This document shows, in pieces, positions 40,838 through 50,057 of a DNA stretch of 64,000 nucleotides. The notes under the pieces were generated by a model. The model had not been told where the DNA came from. It worked only from the letters and a program-made list of their open reading frames with translations, and ran no database searches. The stretch is from Sulfurimonas sp. GWF2_37_8 (GTDB lineage: Bacteria > Campylobacterota > Campylobacteria > Campylobacterales > Sulfurimonadaceae), in contig MIBW01000008.1 in assembly GCA_001829625.1 (NCBI GenBank), forward strand, positions 65,455 through 129,454. The letters are read 5' to 3'. The position numbers and the translations under genes are program-made. The stretch's first letter is position 1; each line of letters begins with the position of its first letter.

Positions 40838-40840
40838 TTT
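40696..40840 (+). repeat. Putative DGR variable region 2
   Basis: Partner of 40056-40200; retains many AAC/AAT codons. Confidence 0.8.
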
Positions 40841-40954
40841 AATTTTTGTTTTTGTGAGTCGAAGACGAAGCAATCTAGCTTAGTTTAGTGCGTAGTGAAA
40901 ATTGTTATATCTAAAAAATAATAGCCAGAGGGGTTACTAAGCCCTCTGTTTTGA

Positions 40955-41017
40955 TTAATGTAGAGCGGGCGTGAACACCATCAGCACTAAAAAGACTATT
41001 ATTATCCGAGAATACAT
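40955..41017 (-). CDS. 20-aa hydrophobic peptide, candidate type I toxin (Ibs-like)
   Basis: GAGAAAGG RBS 6 nt before ATG; MYSRIIIVFLVLMVFTPALH*; hairpin CAGAGGG/CCCTCTG downstream. Confidence 0.65.
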   Translation of the reverse strand: MYSRIIIVFLVLMVFTPALH

Positions 41018-41072
41018 ATGTGACCTTTCTCGAAAAATCCACTCCCACCCCTACCGTGCTAAAAAAATTAGC

Positions 41073-41114
41073 AAAAAAAAAGGGTCAAGACCCGAAAGTC
41101 TTAACCCCATTTTT
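41073..41114. terminator. Bidirectional intrinsic terminator in the candidate type I TA module
   Basis: 11-bp stem at 41082-41107 with a UUCG loop on the minus strand; 9-U tail on minus, T-run on plus. Confidence 0.7.
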
Positions 41115-41162
41115 CGATAGTCTGGTAGTAAATCAGACAGTTACATATGTATTTCGAGAGAA

Positions 41163-41171
41163 AGTATAACA
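41163..41171 (-). promoter_or_regulatory. Extended -10 promoter (TGnTATACT)
   Basis: Minus strand reads TGTTATACT, preceded by a T-rich tract. Confidence 0.55.
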
Positions 41172-41304
41172 TAAAAAATAAAAATTCCTTCCTCGTCATC
41201 GTAAACTTAAGTCGCACTCAATGAGACTAAAGTCTCATCTCCAAGAAGCAGTCCACTGTGTAAAAATAGATTGCCGCGCTTCGCTCGCAATGACAAAACT
41301 TCTT

Positions 41305-41394
41305 GTCATTCCGTACTTGATACGGAATCTCCGTTAGTCTAAAGAAGTAGCTGCGTTTTCACACATGAGACCCAGAACCCAAGTTCAGGGTGGC
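41305..41394. repeat. Second REP-like family (GTCATTCCG-ACTTGAT-CGGAATCT type), two degenerate arms
   Basis: GTCATTCCGTACTTGATACGGAATCT and AGACCCAGAACCCAAGTTCAGGGTGGC; related to 46884-46909. Confidence 0.6.
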
Positions 41395-41405
41395 GGGTTG
41401 GGAGT

Positions 41406-43520
41406 TCAGGGTGCGGGGGTTGTGTAGATGAGACTCAATCCCACTTTTCCTTTTTCCTGGTCGATGGAGACAACCTCTATTTGTGGAAGAAATTGGTTGA
41501 GTGAGAGTACTTCTAGTGGGTGGGTTATGCGTTTGGCGCTCATTTTAGAGATGTGAATCATGCCGTCATTTTTAAGACCTATGTCCACAAATGCTCCAAA
41601 ATCGGCGATGTTTCGTACAACTCCTGAAACAAAACTTCCCTCTTTGAGCATTTTGATGTCGGTAATGCCGTCCTTAAAAGGAATGGCGAGAAGTTCTTCT
41701 CTTGGGTCGAAGCCTGGTTTTTGCAACTCTTTTATGATGTCCCGAAGGGTCTCTTTACCAATGGCGAGTTCTTTGGCTTTTTCATCTACGTTGATTGCGT
41801 TTAAGTCCAAACCTTTGAGTTTTTTAGCCGCTTCATAGCTCTCAGGGTGAACGCCGGTGTTATCAAGCGTCTCTTTCGCGTCTTTAATGCGGATAAATCC
41901 TGCCGCCTGCTCATACGCTTTTTTGCCCAGACCTTTGACTTTTAAAAGTTCATTTTTACTTTTAAAAGCGCCTTCGCCCTCACGAAACGCAATGATATTT
42001 TGCGCTATTTTTGCCCCGATGCCAGCAACAAATCCAAGCAGTGAAAGTGAGGCTGCGTTTATATCCACGCCCACACGGTTGACAAGGTCGCCCGTCACAT
42101 CGATAAGTTTTTTCTCTAAGAGTTTTTGGTCAACGTCATGCTGGTACTGTCCGATGCCCAGAGATTTGGGGTCTATTTTTACAAGTGCCGCCATAGGGTC
42201 GCCGAGACGCTGTGCGATGGAGATAGCGCCTCTGATGGTCACATCAAGCTGAGGATATTCGTCTTGGGCGATTTTTGACGCGCTGTACACCGACGCGCCT
42301 GCCTCTGAGACAACTGTGTAGTTGAGTTTTGCATTTTCTTCACGGTTAAGCCGTGCAAAGAACTCCTGCGTTTCGCGTGAAGCCGTACCGTTACCGATGG
42401 CGACTGCTTTGATGTCGTATTTTTTAGCCAATGCTAAAATCTTCTCTTTTGAGTTGTGATAATCTTTTTTCGGCTCAGTTGGGTAAATGACGGCAGAGTC
42501 GAGATATTTGCCGTTTTCATCTATGACGGCGAGTTTGCAACCACTCACAAACGCAGGGTCAACGCCTAAAATAACTCTTTTTGTTACAGGCGGAGTCATA
42601 AGCAGTTGGCCGAGGTTTTTGCCAAAAACATCAATGGCGCTGATGTCTGCTTTTTCCTTTACAATGCTTTGCACTTCGCGCTCAAGTGAGGGAAGCAGAA
42701 GTCTTTTGAGCCCGTCTTTGTAGGCATCAAAAAGAAGCTCTTTAGAACTTTGCGCATTTCGCGGGATTTTAGTGCGTTTGATGTTTTCTTCAACTCTCTC
42801 AAGGTCAATAGAAATCTTGACAGAGAGCTCTTTTTCATGTACGCCGCGCATAATGGCCAAGTAGCGGTGAGATGGGATGTGAGCCACTTTTTCGCTTTTG
42901 CCTGCAAAGTTTTTGAAGCTGCCGTTTTCATCAAAAGTTTTTGTCGCTTTGGTCTCCAGCGAGCCAAAACGCAGCATGGTGTCACGGATGCTCTCACGCT
43001 CTCTAGGCTCATCCGCATAACGCTCTGCCAAGATATCTTGAGCGCCTTTTATGGCATCTTCGACTGAGAGGACAGTTGCGTTTAGGAATTTTTTCGCCTC
43101 GCGTTTGAACTCTTCAAGCGTGAGTCTTGCGTTTTGTAAAATGTCGGCTAAAGGCGTTAAACCGTTTGCGATGGCAGTTGTCGCGCGTGTGTTTTTCTTT
43201 TCTTTAAAAGGTCTGTAAATGTCTTCTAAAACGCGAAGAGAATCCGCTTCGTCTATGCTTTTTTTGAGCTCAGTCGTGAGAGTCGCTCGCTCGCTTATAA
43301 GACGAGAAACTTCCTCTTTGCGTTCTAGGAGTTTTTTTGCGCTCATGTATATGGCTTCAAAATCACGAAGCACTTCATCGCTTGCCCCGCCCGTCATCTC
43401 TTTACGGTAACGAGCGATAAAAGGAATGGTGGAACCCTCATCTAAAAGTTTTAAAATGTTAGCAATGTGTTCTTTTTTGAGGCTTGTTTTTGAGGCGATT
43501 TGTTGTATAAGTTTGTTCAT
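41406..43520 (-). CDS. tex: Tex family RNA-binding transcriptional accessory protein
   Basis: TIPFIARYRKE, AIGNGTASRET, SEAGASVYSAS, GIGQYQHDV, C-terminal S1 domain. Confidence 0.95.
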   Translation of the reverse strand: MNKLIQQIASKTSLKKEHIANILKLLDEGSTIPFIARYRKEMTGGASDEVLRDFEAIYMSAKKLLERKEEVSRLISERATLTTELKKSIDEADSLRVLEDIYRPFKEKKNTRATTAIANGLTPLADILQNARLTLEEFKREAKKFLNATVLSVEDAIKGAQDILAERYADEPRERESIRDTMLRFGSLETKATKTFDENGSFKNFAGKSEKVAHIPSHRYLAIMRGVHEKELSVKISIDLERVEENIKRTKIPRNAQSSKELLFDAYKDGLKRLLLPSLEREVQSIVKEKADISAIDVFGKNLGQLLMTPPVTKRVILGVDPAFVSGCKLAVIDENGKYLDSAVIYPTEPKKDYHNSKEKILALAKKYDIKAVAIGNGTASRETQEFFARLNREENAKLNYTVVSEAGASVYSASKIAQDEYPQLDVTIRGAISIAQRLGDPMAALVKIDPKSLGIGQYQHDVDQKLLEKKLIDVTGDLVNRVGVDINAASLSLLGFVAGIGAKIAQNIIAFREGEGAFKSKNELLKVKGLGKKAYEQAAGFIRIKDAKETLDNTGVHPESYEAAKKLKGLDLNAINVDEKAKELAIGKETLRDIIKELQKPGFDPREELLAIPFKDGITDIKMLKEGSFVSGVVRNIADFGAFVDIGLKNDGMIHISKMSAKRITHPLEVLSLNQFLPQIEVVSIDQEKGKVGLSLIYTTPAP

Positions 43521-43652
43521 ATGTATCTTTTTTTTGGCAATTATACATTTGTCTGGAGTGTTTTTTTATAAAAATAGTTTATTTAAAAAAAAATACTGAT
43601 TTGCTTTTAAGGAAAAAATAGTAACAATAGCACGAACATCTAGGAGAACTGC

Positions 43653-44141
43653 ATGGCAAACAATGAAATAAACTTTCCAGACAAAAAATTTATCGTTTCA
43701 AAAACTAATCTCAAAGGGCGTATTACATATGGGAACGCGTTGTTTTTAGAAATGTCCGGCTATGAAGAAAAAGAGCTAATGGGTACACCACACAACATTT
43801 TGCGACATCCTGATATGCCTAAACTTGTTTTTCAGCTTTTATGGGAGTATGTACAAAGTAACAAAGAGATTTTTGCGTATGTAAAAAACAAGACTAAAAG
43901 TGGTGATTACTATTGGGTCTATACCCATGTAACACCTTCTTTTGATGGTAATGGTAAAGTTGTGGGATACCACTCCGTACGACGTAAACCAAAACTTGAA
44001 GCATTAAGTACCATTAAAGCACTCTATAGTTCCTTACTTGATGCTGAACGTAATGGGGGCGTAGCAGCTTCCCAAAAACTTCTTGATACAAAACTTTCAC
44101 AATTAGGAAAAACTTATGATGAATTTATCTTCACTCTCTAA
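43653..44141 (+). CDS. Stand-alone Aer-type PAS protein (CetB-like)
   Basis: [37 protein letters not shown]. Confidence 0.88.
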   Translation: MANNEINFPDKKFIVSKTNLKGRITYGNALFLEMSGYEEKELMGTPHNILRHPDMPKLVFQLLWEYVQSNKEIFAYVKNKTKSGDYYWVYTHVTPSFDGNGKVVGYHSVRRKPKLEALSTIKALYSSLLDAERNGGVAASQKLLDTKLSQLGKTYDEFIFTL

Positions 44142-45555
44142 GGCGCAATACGCCAATATTGCTTCTTTGGGAATTTTTTTTCTTTCTTTAGTCTTAGAGA
44201 TGTTTTTTAATGGTTTTAATTGGCTTCAAGTTTTGGGTATTTTAAACTTCACCCTTGCATGGATAGTTTTTATAAATGTTCGCTGGGCAAAAGAGAACGT
44301 GCTTCGTGTTGCCGAAGTTATAAAAGATGCAGAACAAGGAAATCTTGAGTCACGTATCATAAATATCAAAGACCATGCTGAGATGCATGATCTTTCATGG
44401 AGTGTAAATAATCTTCTTGATCAGATAGAGATATTTATGCGGGAGATTAAAGCAAGCATTGAAGGGGCAAGTGCAAAAGTGTATTATAGACGTATTATTA
44501 CTGATGGTCTTGCAGGTTCTTACAGCTACAACGCTTCTCTCGTCAACAAAGGTGTGGATGCGATGGAAGAGAGTAATGACTTAATTGAACGTGTTGCTAT
44601 CAACAATAAACTGACAACAATAGGGCAGGGTGTTGTAGGCGGGCTGAGTATTGTTCAAAAAGACCTTGGAGGGAGTATTGAGCGTTTGAGTAATATCGTT
44701 GCAACCAGCCATAAAACAGCAGATAATTCAAGCAAAACAGTTTCAGAACTAGAAGTGATCACTAACAAGCTAGGATCACTTTTGGAACTTGTGCAGATAT
44801 CTACTTCTTCTATCAATATGCTCAATCAAAAAACAAATGAGATCAACTCTGTTTTATCACTTATCAAAGATATTGCAGACCAGACAAATCTTCTCGCACT
44901 AAACGCAGCTATAGAGGCAGCGCGCGCAGGAGAACACGGGCGCGGTTTTGCTGTAGTTGCTGATGAGGTGCGTAAGCTCGCAGAACGGACACAAAAAGCC
45001 ACCGGTGAAATCGGTATCGCAATCCAGTCTCTACAGCAAGATGCGGGTGAACTTCACTCAAATGCTGAAATCATGAGCGATATCGCCAATGAATCAAGTA
45101 CATCTATAGAAGAGTTTAGGGGCGTACTTAATGAGTTTAATATAGATGCTGTTGCAACTTCCAAAGCGGCCTCGATTATTGAAAGTTCAACTTTTATTAC
45201 TTTAGCGAAAATCGATCATATCATCTTTAAATCCAATGCATTTAGCGCTATATTCCATGGCAAAACAAAACATACATTTGCAGATCATCACAATTGCCGA
45301 CTTGGTAAATGGTATGAAACAGGTAAAGGAAAAGAACACTTCACCAAGTTACCTAGCTATGCAAAGGTAAATGCACCTCATATGATTGTTCATGAGAGTG
45401 TTCATGCAAATCTTGAGTTTATAAAAAATGGGGATACAGTTACTCAAAATAAAGAACAAATAATTAATAACTTCATACAGATGGAAGAAGCAAGTGATGT
45501 TCTTATGGGACATCTTGATAGCTTACTTGAAGAATCTTTAGTATTAACGAAATGA
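44116..45555 (+). CDS. Methyl-accepting chemotaxis protein with C-terminal CZB domain (CetA-like)
   Basis: Two N-terminal TMs, [44 protein letters not shown]. Confidence 0.9.
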   Translation: MMNLSSLSKAQYANIASLGIFFLSLVLEMFFNGFNWLQVLGILNFTLAWIVFINVRWAKENVLRVAEVIKDAEQGNLESRIINIKDHAEMHDLSWSVNNLLDQIEIFMREIKASIEGASAKVYYRRIITDGLAGSYSYNASLVNKGVDAMEESNDLIERVAINNKLTTIGQGVVGGLSIVQKDLGGSIERLSNIVATSHKTADNSSKTVSELEVITNKLGSLLELVQISTSSINMLNQKTNEINSVLSLIKDIADQTNLLALNAAIEAARAGEHGRGFAVVADEVRKLAERTQKATGEIGIAIQSLQQDAGELHSNAEIMSDIANESSTSIEEFRGVLNEFNIDAVATSKAASIIESSTFITLAKIDHIIFKSNAFSAIFHGKTKHTFADHHNCRLGKWYETGKGKEHFTKLPSYAKVNAPHMIVHESVHANLEFIKNGDTVTQNKEQIINNFIQMEEASDVLMGHLDSLLEESLVLTK

Positions 45556-45639
45556 GTAAAAAGTTTTTAGAAGTACCTTGTTATTATTTATGATACAATA
45601 CGCGCGATAACATCATAAATAAAAGCCAAGGATAATATA

Positions 45640-46635
45640 GTGAAAGTTTTACAATCTGTTATAGCCTTTTTCCTTTTGATTTCAATCTTTAGTGGATGTG
45701 CAAAATCTAGAGCAGAAAAAGAGATAAAAACTAAAGACAATAATGTTAGCATAAGAATTGAAGGTTCAACCTATCCTATACAAAAACAAGAGTTGATATC
45801 ATCAGTACCTGGATATATTAATGAGATATTTGTTAAAGATGGGGATAAGGTTAATGTTGGAGATCATATATTTTCATTAGATAAAGAACTTATTAACCTT
45901 GATATAGCAAATAAGAAGTCCGAAATAGCTTCACTTGAAAGCATTAGAGATCATAAAACTCAAAAACAAACAGCTGAAAAAAATATTCCAGCTATTAACC
46001 TTGCAGCAATTGAATTAAGAAAAGTAGCAGCTTTACAAGCAAAAGGCTATGTGCATGATTTTGAAGAGAATCAATATAGAAAAAACTATATTAATGCTAT
46101 TTATGATAACAATAATAATGAGAACCAAGACAATTATGAAAAACATCAAAACATCAATAGCGAGATTATGAGAAAACAAGTAGAACTTAAAAAACTTGAA
46201 TATCAATTAAAGCATGCCGATGGGTATGCTCCTATTGGTGGGTATATTTCAAATTTTAATATAAACTTAAGAGAACATATCCAAGAAAATCAAAAAATAT
46301 GCTCTTTTATAGATTTTGATTATGTGATTGTCAGAGCTGGATTTGCAACAGGTCTTTTACCATTTATACAAGAAGGACAATTGGTAGATATTACATTTAT
46401 TACAGTACCATCTTATAAAGTAGTAGCAAAAGTTTCTAAAATTAATCCTATTGTTGATCCACAATTCAATAGTATGACAATTGACATTATTGTGAAGAAT
46501 AATAATTACCTCCTACAAGAAGGTACAAAAACACTAGTCAATATTTCTCTTACAAAAGAAGGTCAAGATGCCGTTAAGAAATATTTTAGAAGTAATTCTG
46601 AAGAAACAACGATTCAAATAAGTTCTGATATATAA
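45640..46635 (+). CDS. HlyD/MFP-type periplasmic adaptor lipoprotein
   Basis: Lipobox FSGC; lipoyl-like VPGYINEIFVKDGDKV; APIGGYI; VSKINPIVDP. Confidence 0.75.
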   Translation: MKVLQSVIAFFLLISIFSGCAKSRAEKEIKTKDNNVSIRIEGSTYPIQKQELISSVPGYINEIFVKDGDKVNVGDHIFSLDKELINLDIANKKSEIASLESIRDHKTQKQTAEKNIPAINLAAIELRKVAALQAKGYVHDFEENQYRKNYINAIYDNNNNENQDNYEKHQNINSEIMRKQVELKKLEYQLKHADGYAPIGGYISNFNINLREHIQENQKICSFIDFDYVIVRAGFATGLLPFIQEGQLVDITFITVPSYKVVAKVSKINPIVDPQFNSMTIDIIVKNNNYLLQEGTKTLVNISLTKEGQDAVKKYFRSNSEETTIQISSDI

Positions 46636-46883
46636 AGTATCAAACTTAAAATTTATTTGTCTATCAGTTGTGTTGAACATGAAGTGTATGATTTTAGTTA
46701 AAAGCGATAATTTTAATGTGTTTAATCCCGTTGTTGGTAGTTATGGTTACGCAATCAGACAAACTAATTTGTTTGAGTTAAAGGTATTTGAAAGTTCCTT
46801 TTTACTCTCTTTATAAACTATCAAAAATGAGTTCTTCGGACTTTTAAAATATCTTTTCTTATAATAGACCTCTTATATAACGT

Positions 46884-46909
46884 AGATCCTGAATCAAGTT
46901 CAGGATGAC
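46884..46909. repeat. REP-like palindrome
   Basis: AGATCCTGAATCAAGTTCAGGATGAC. Confidence 0.7.
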
Positions 46910-46970
46910 AAAAAACAAGATAGTTTGTGACTCTAAACTTGATTTGTTGGCTTATGAAAGAAGTCTAATA

Positions 46971-48233
46971 CTACACCAAACCAAGAAGTGCTACAAAAAG
47001 CACTGCTGGTGTGATAACAAGACCTACTTTCATATATTCACCCCAGCTTATTTTTACACCTTTTTGCGCCAAAACATGAAGCCAAAGAAGTGTTGCGAGT
47101 GAGCCTATAGGTGTCATTTTCGGACCAAGGTTTGAACCGAGGATATTTGCATACACAAGCGCTTCATTTCCTATATATCCTACCTGATCTATCGCGATAT
47201 CCATAATCATAATTGTGGGCATATTGTTCATCACAGAACTAATAAACGCAGATAAAAATCCAGTCCCCACAATAGCTATAAAATCCCCATGAGTGTTTAG
47301 TTCTCGTATCCAAGAAGCTATAACATCTGTTAGTCCTGCGTTTTTGAGACCATAAACAACAACATACAAACCGATACTAAACCACACTACCTGCCAAGGT
47401 GCTGCTTTTATCGTCATGAGCGGTTTTACCGCTTTATAATAATTGGCAATAAGAAGAAAAACTAAAGCACCACCAAGGGCAAAAACTGATACAGGAAGAT
47501 GATAACTGTCACCTATAAAATATCCTGCCATTAGTAGTGCTAAAAACCCCCAAGAAAACCTGAACATAGTATGATTTTTGATAACAGAAGAGGCTTCTGG
47601 AAGTTTTGATACATCGATGCTAAAAGGGATATCTTTGCGAAAATAGAGCCACAATACCGTGATTGAAGCTAAAATAGCCAAGATATTAGGTAAAAACATA
47701 TTTTGCGCATATGTCACAAACCCTATATTAAAATATCCAGCTGTTACAATATTTGTCAGATTAGAGATAACAAGCGGACTTGAAGCACTATCTCCGATAA
47801 ATCCTCCTGCCATCAAAAATGCAAAGATAGCAAGAGGTTTCATCTTGAGATATTTCATCTTTGCAAGCAAAATTGGTGTGAGAATAAGTGCGGCTCCATC
47901 ATTAGCAAAGAATGCAGAAACAAGCGCGCCAAGAATAAGTATATAAACAAACATCAGATGTCCGTTGCCACGGCTGAGTTTCGCCATTTTTATGGCTGCC
48001 CATTCAAAAAATCCTATCTCATCAAGTATCATAGAGAGGATAATGATACCGATAAACGCAAGCGTCGCATCCCAAACAATAGAAACAACACTTAAAACGT
48101 CTGTAAAGTCCACCACACCAAATATAAGTGCTACAATAGCCCCAGTTACTGCTGTTGTCCCTATCTGAAGCCCACGTGGCTGCCAGATAACAAATGCCAA
48201 TGTCACCAAAAATACAAACATTGCTAAAAACAT
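46971..48233 (-). CDS. arsB: Arsenite efflux pump ArsB
   Basis: VIWQPRGL, FANDGAALILTP, MNNMPT, LGPKMTPIGSLATLLW. Confidence 0.93.
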   Translation of the reverse strand: MFLAMFVFLVTLAFVIWQPRGLQIGTTAVTGAIVALIFGVVDFTDVLSVVSIVWDATLAFIGIIILSMILDEIGFFEWAAIKMAKLSRGNGHLMFVYILILGALVSAFFANDGAALILTPILLAKMKYLKMKPLAIFAFLMAGGFIGDSASSPLVISNLTNIVTAGYFNIGFVTYAQNMFLPNILAILASITVLWLYFRKDIPFSIDVSKLPEASSVIKNHTMFRFSWGFLALLMAGYFIGDSYHLPVSVFALGGALVFLLIANYYKAVKPLMTIKAAPWQVVWFSIGLYVVVYGLKNAGLTDVIASWIRELNTHGDFIAIVGTGFLSAFISSVMNNMPTIMIMDIAIDQVGYIGNEALVYANILGSNLGPKMTPIGSLATLLWLHVLAQKGVKISWGEYMKVGLVITPAVLFVALLGLV

Positions 48234-48282
48234 AGGTTACTCCTTTTTTTCTTTGGAAACTATAGCAGAATAAAATCATTAA

Positions 48283-48298
48283 ATCAACATATGTTGAT
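48283..48298. promoter_or_regulatory. ArsR/SmtB operator
   Basis: Perfect palindrome ATCAACATATGTTGAT (ATCAA-N6-TTGAT) between divergent arsB and arsR. Confidence 0.75.
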
Positions 48299-48345
48299 AT
48301 ATAAATAATATTCTGCTACAATACGACAAATAAAAAGGGGCTTGT

Positions 48346-48684
48346 ATGGAAATATTTCTCAAAAGTGTTGCTGCACTTAATGATGAAACACGTATTTTAC
48401 TACTGCGTTTTCTTGATGTGCACGGAGAAGTTTGTGTGTGCGATTTGCAAAACTCACTGGGAATGATACAGTCGCGTCTTTCTCGTCATCTGAAAATTTT
48501 AAAAGAGGCGGGTTTTTTACGTGTCGAACGTCAAGGAACGTGGGCATATTATAAAATACGCACACCTCTGGATCGTTTTAGGCAAGAAGCACTTCAAGAG
48601 ATACGCCATCTTGACATACAACTACCTCCACGCAAAAAGGCTTCTCAAACAGGAGAGTGTAGTTTGGAACAAGGGCTTTGTTAA
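48346..48684 (+). CDS. arsR: ArsR family repressor
   Basis: EVCVCDL metal site, QSRLSRHLKILKEAG. Confidence 0.92.
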   Translation: MEIFLKSVAALNDETRILLLRFLDVHGEVCVCDLQNSLGMIQSRLSRHLKILKEAGFLRVERQGTWAYYKIRTPLDRFRQEALQEIRHLDIQLPPRKKASQTGECSLEQGLC

Positions 48685-49178
48685 TTTACTTTTTGGTTCA
48701 TAAGGACAAGTTCTAAACTTCCACTCACATAGTTTGCAAAAAATGTTATAAATTTCACATCATCCATATCAAAACCACCTTCTTTATTGAGTAATTCTAA
48801 GATGCCTATAATCTGGCGTTTGGAGTCAAAAATAGGGGCGGTGATAATGTTATGTGTTGTGTAGAGCGTTTCTTTATCTATCTCTGTAAGAAAGTGTATA
48901 TTTTTATAAGGTTCATTCTCCAAAATAGGTTTTTTTGCGCTCAGTGTGTGGCCAACTATCCCTTTGTCTGACGCTACTGTTATCTTCTCGACACCATCAG
49001 CGAGTGTCGTCCAAAGTTCTTTTTTGTCCAAATCATAAATAAATACAGAACATCTATCTGCATGAATAACATCTTTAGCATATTTGGATATCAACGGTAA
49101 ACCTTCGCGTAAAGAAGGTTTACGCAAAAGTTCTCTGCCAAATTCGACAAGCTTAGAGTAGGTATCTGCATATTTCAT
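48681..49178 (-). CDS. Stand-alone GAF domain protein
   Basis: ADRCSVF, GIVG, IGILELLNK...F...D. Confidence 0.85.
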   Translation of the reverse strand: MKYADTYSKLVEFGRELLRKPSLREGLPLISKYAKDVIHADRCSVFIYDLDKKELWTTLADGVEKITVASDKGIVGHTLSAKKPILENEPYKNIHFLTEIDKETLYTTHNIITAPIFDSKRQIIGILELLNKEGGFDMDDVKFITFFANYVSGSLELVLMNQKVN

Positions 49179-49243
49179 AGTACAGTGCCTTTTATTTTAG
49201 TTTAGAAATATTATAGTGTAAAATGGCGTTAAAAAAAAGGACT

Positions 49244-49597
49244 ATGATGCAAGAGATAACGATATGGCATAACCCAAAGTGCTTAAAATCCCGTGAAGCT
49301 ATAGCTATATTAAATGCAAGCGGCTGTGAAAGTAAAATAGTGAAATATTTGGAAACTTCACAAAATACACAAGAGATAAAAAAAGTAATGAAGATGTTAG
49401 GCATAAACGCAAGAGAGCTCATGCGAACAAAAGAAGAACTCTACAAAGAGTTGAAACTGGGAGAAGAACAAAATGAAGAAAGACTCATAGAGGCGATGGT
49501 ACAAAACCCAAAACTCATTGAAAGACCTCTTATCATTAAAGGCAACAAAGCAATCATAGGAAGACCGCCGTCCCTGATAGTTGATTTTCTAAAATAA
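49244..49597 (+). CDS. arsC: ArsC family arsenate reductase (glutaredoxin type)
   Basis: IWHNPKCLKSR and PKLIERP. Confidence 0.8.
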   Translation: MMQEITIWHNPKCLKSREAIAILNASGCESKIVKYLETSQNTQEIKKVMKMLGINARELMRTKEELYKELKLGEEQNEERLIEAMVQNPKLIERPLIIKGNKAIIGRPPSLIVDFLK

Positions 49598-49610
49598 AAT
49601 AGTTGCGCGT

Positions 49611-50045
49611 TTACTGCGCTTTTTCTATGCTTACCCCGTTATCCTGTAAAAACTTTGAGATAGTTTCAGAGTGTGTATGCTCATATGATTTTGCGTAAAC
49701 TATGCGTTTGATACCGCTTGCTATAAGGTTTTTACTGCACTCACTGCAAGGTTCAAGCGTTACATAAATAGTAGCGCCTTCCACGGAGATGCCCTTACGC
49801 GCTGCCCAGATGATGGCATTCATCTCTGCATGGATTTCATAGGTTTTAGACCACTCATGGTGTTCGCTGGTATAGGTACCCTCCCAGTGGTCACAACAAT
49901 TTTTATATCCTGCGGGTGTCCCGTTATATCCCGTACTGAGGATACGTCCGTCTTTGACGATAACAGCTCCAACCTGCTTAGAGACACATTTCGAAGCACT
50001 TGCTATCTCTGTCGCTATGTTGACAAAATTAGTATCATTTAACAT
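49611..50045 (-). CDS. dCMP deaminase family
   Basis: GYNGTP, HAEMNA, PCSEC. Confidence 0.92.
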   Translation of the reverse strand: MLNDTNFVNIATEIASASKCVSKQVGAVIVKDGRILSTGYNGTPAGYKNCCDHWEGTYTSEHHEWSKTYEIHAEMNAIIWAARKGISVEGATIYVTLEPCSECSKNLIASGIKRIVYAKSYEHTHSETISKFLQDNGVSIEKAQ

Positions 50046-50057
50046 CGGCTGCGTTTA

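Larger units (their letters stand above)
40808..41301 (+). repeat. Direct repeat copy 2, interrupted by a ~240-bp module (40946-41186)
   Basis: 40808-40945 and 41187-41301 match contiguous sequence at 32972-33189. Confidence 0.88.

Noticed and set aside
33013-41394. Integron attC cassette array
   Set aside because: No GTTRRRY/RYYYAAC core pairs were recognised around the palindromes, and there is no integron integrase in the window.
32880-41400. An intact DGR (TR, avd, full RT) inside the window
   Set aside because: No non-coding AAC-rich template copy, avd-sized ORF or YxDD RT core was found. VR2 is AAY-rich but is an in-frame gene end and has non-A bases where VR1 has A, so it is not the template.
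46090-46140. Asn-rich AAT/AAC run in the MFP gene as a DGR template
   Set aside because: It has no similarity to the VR scaffold and is a simple low-complexity coding stretch.
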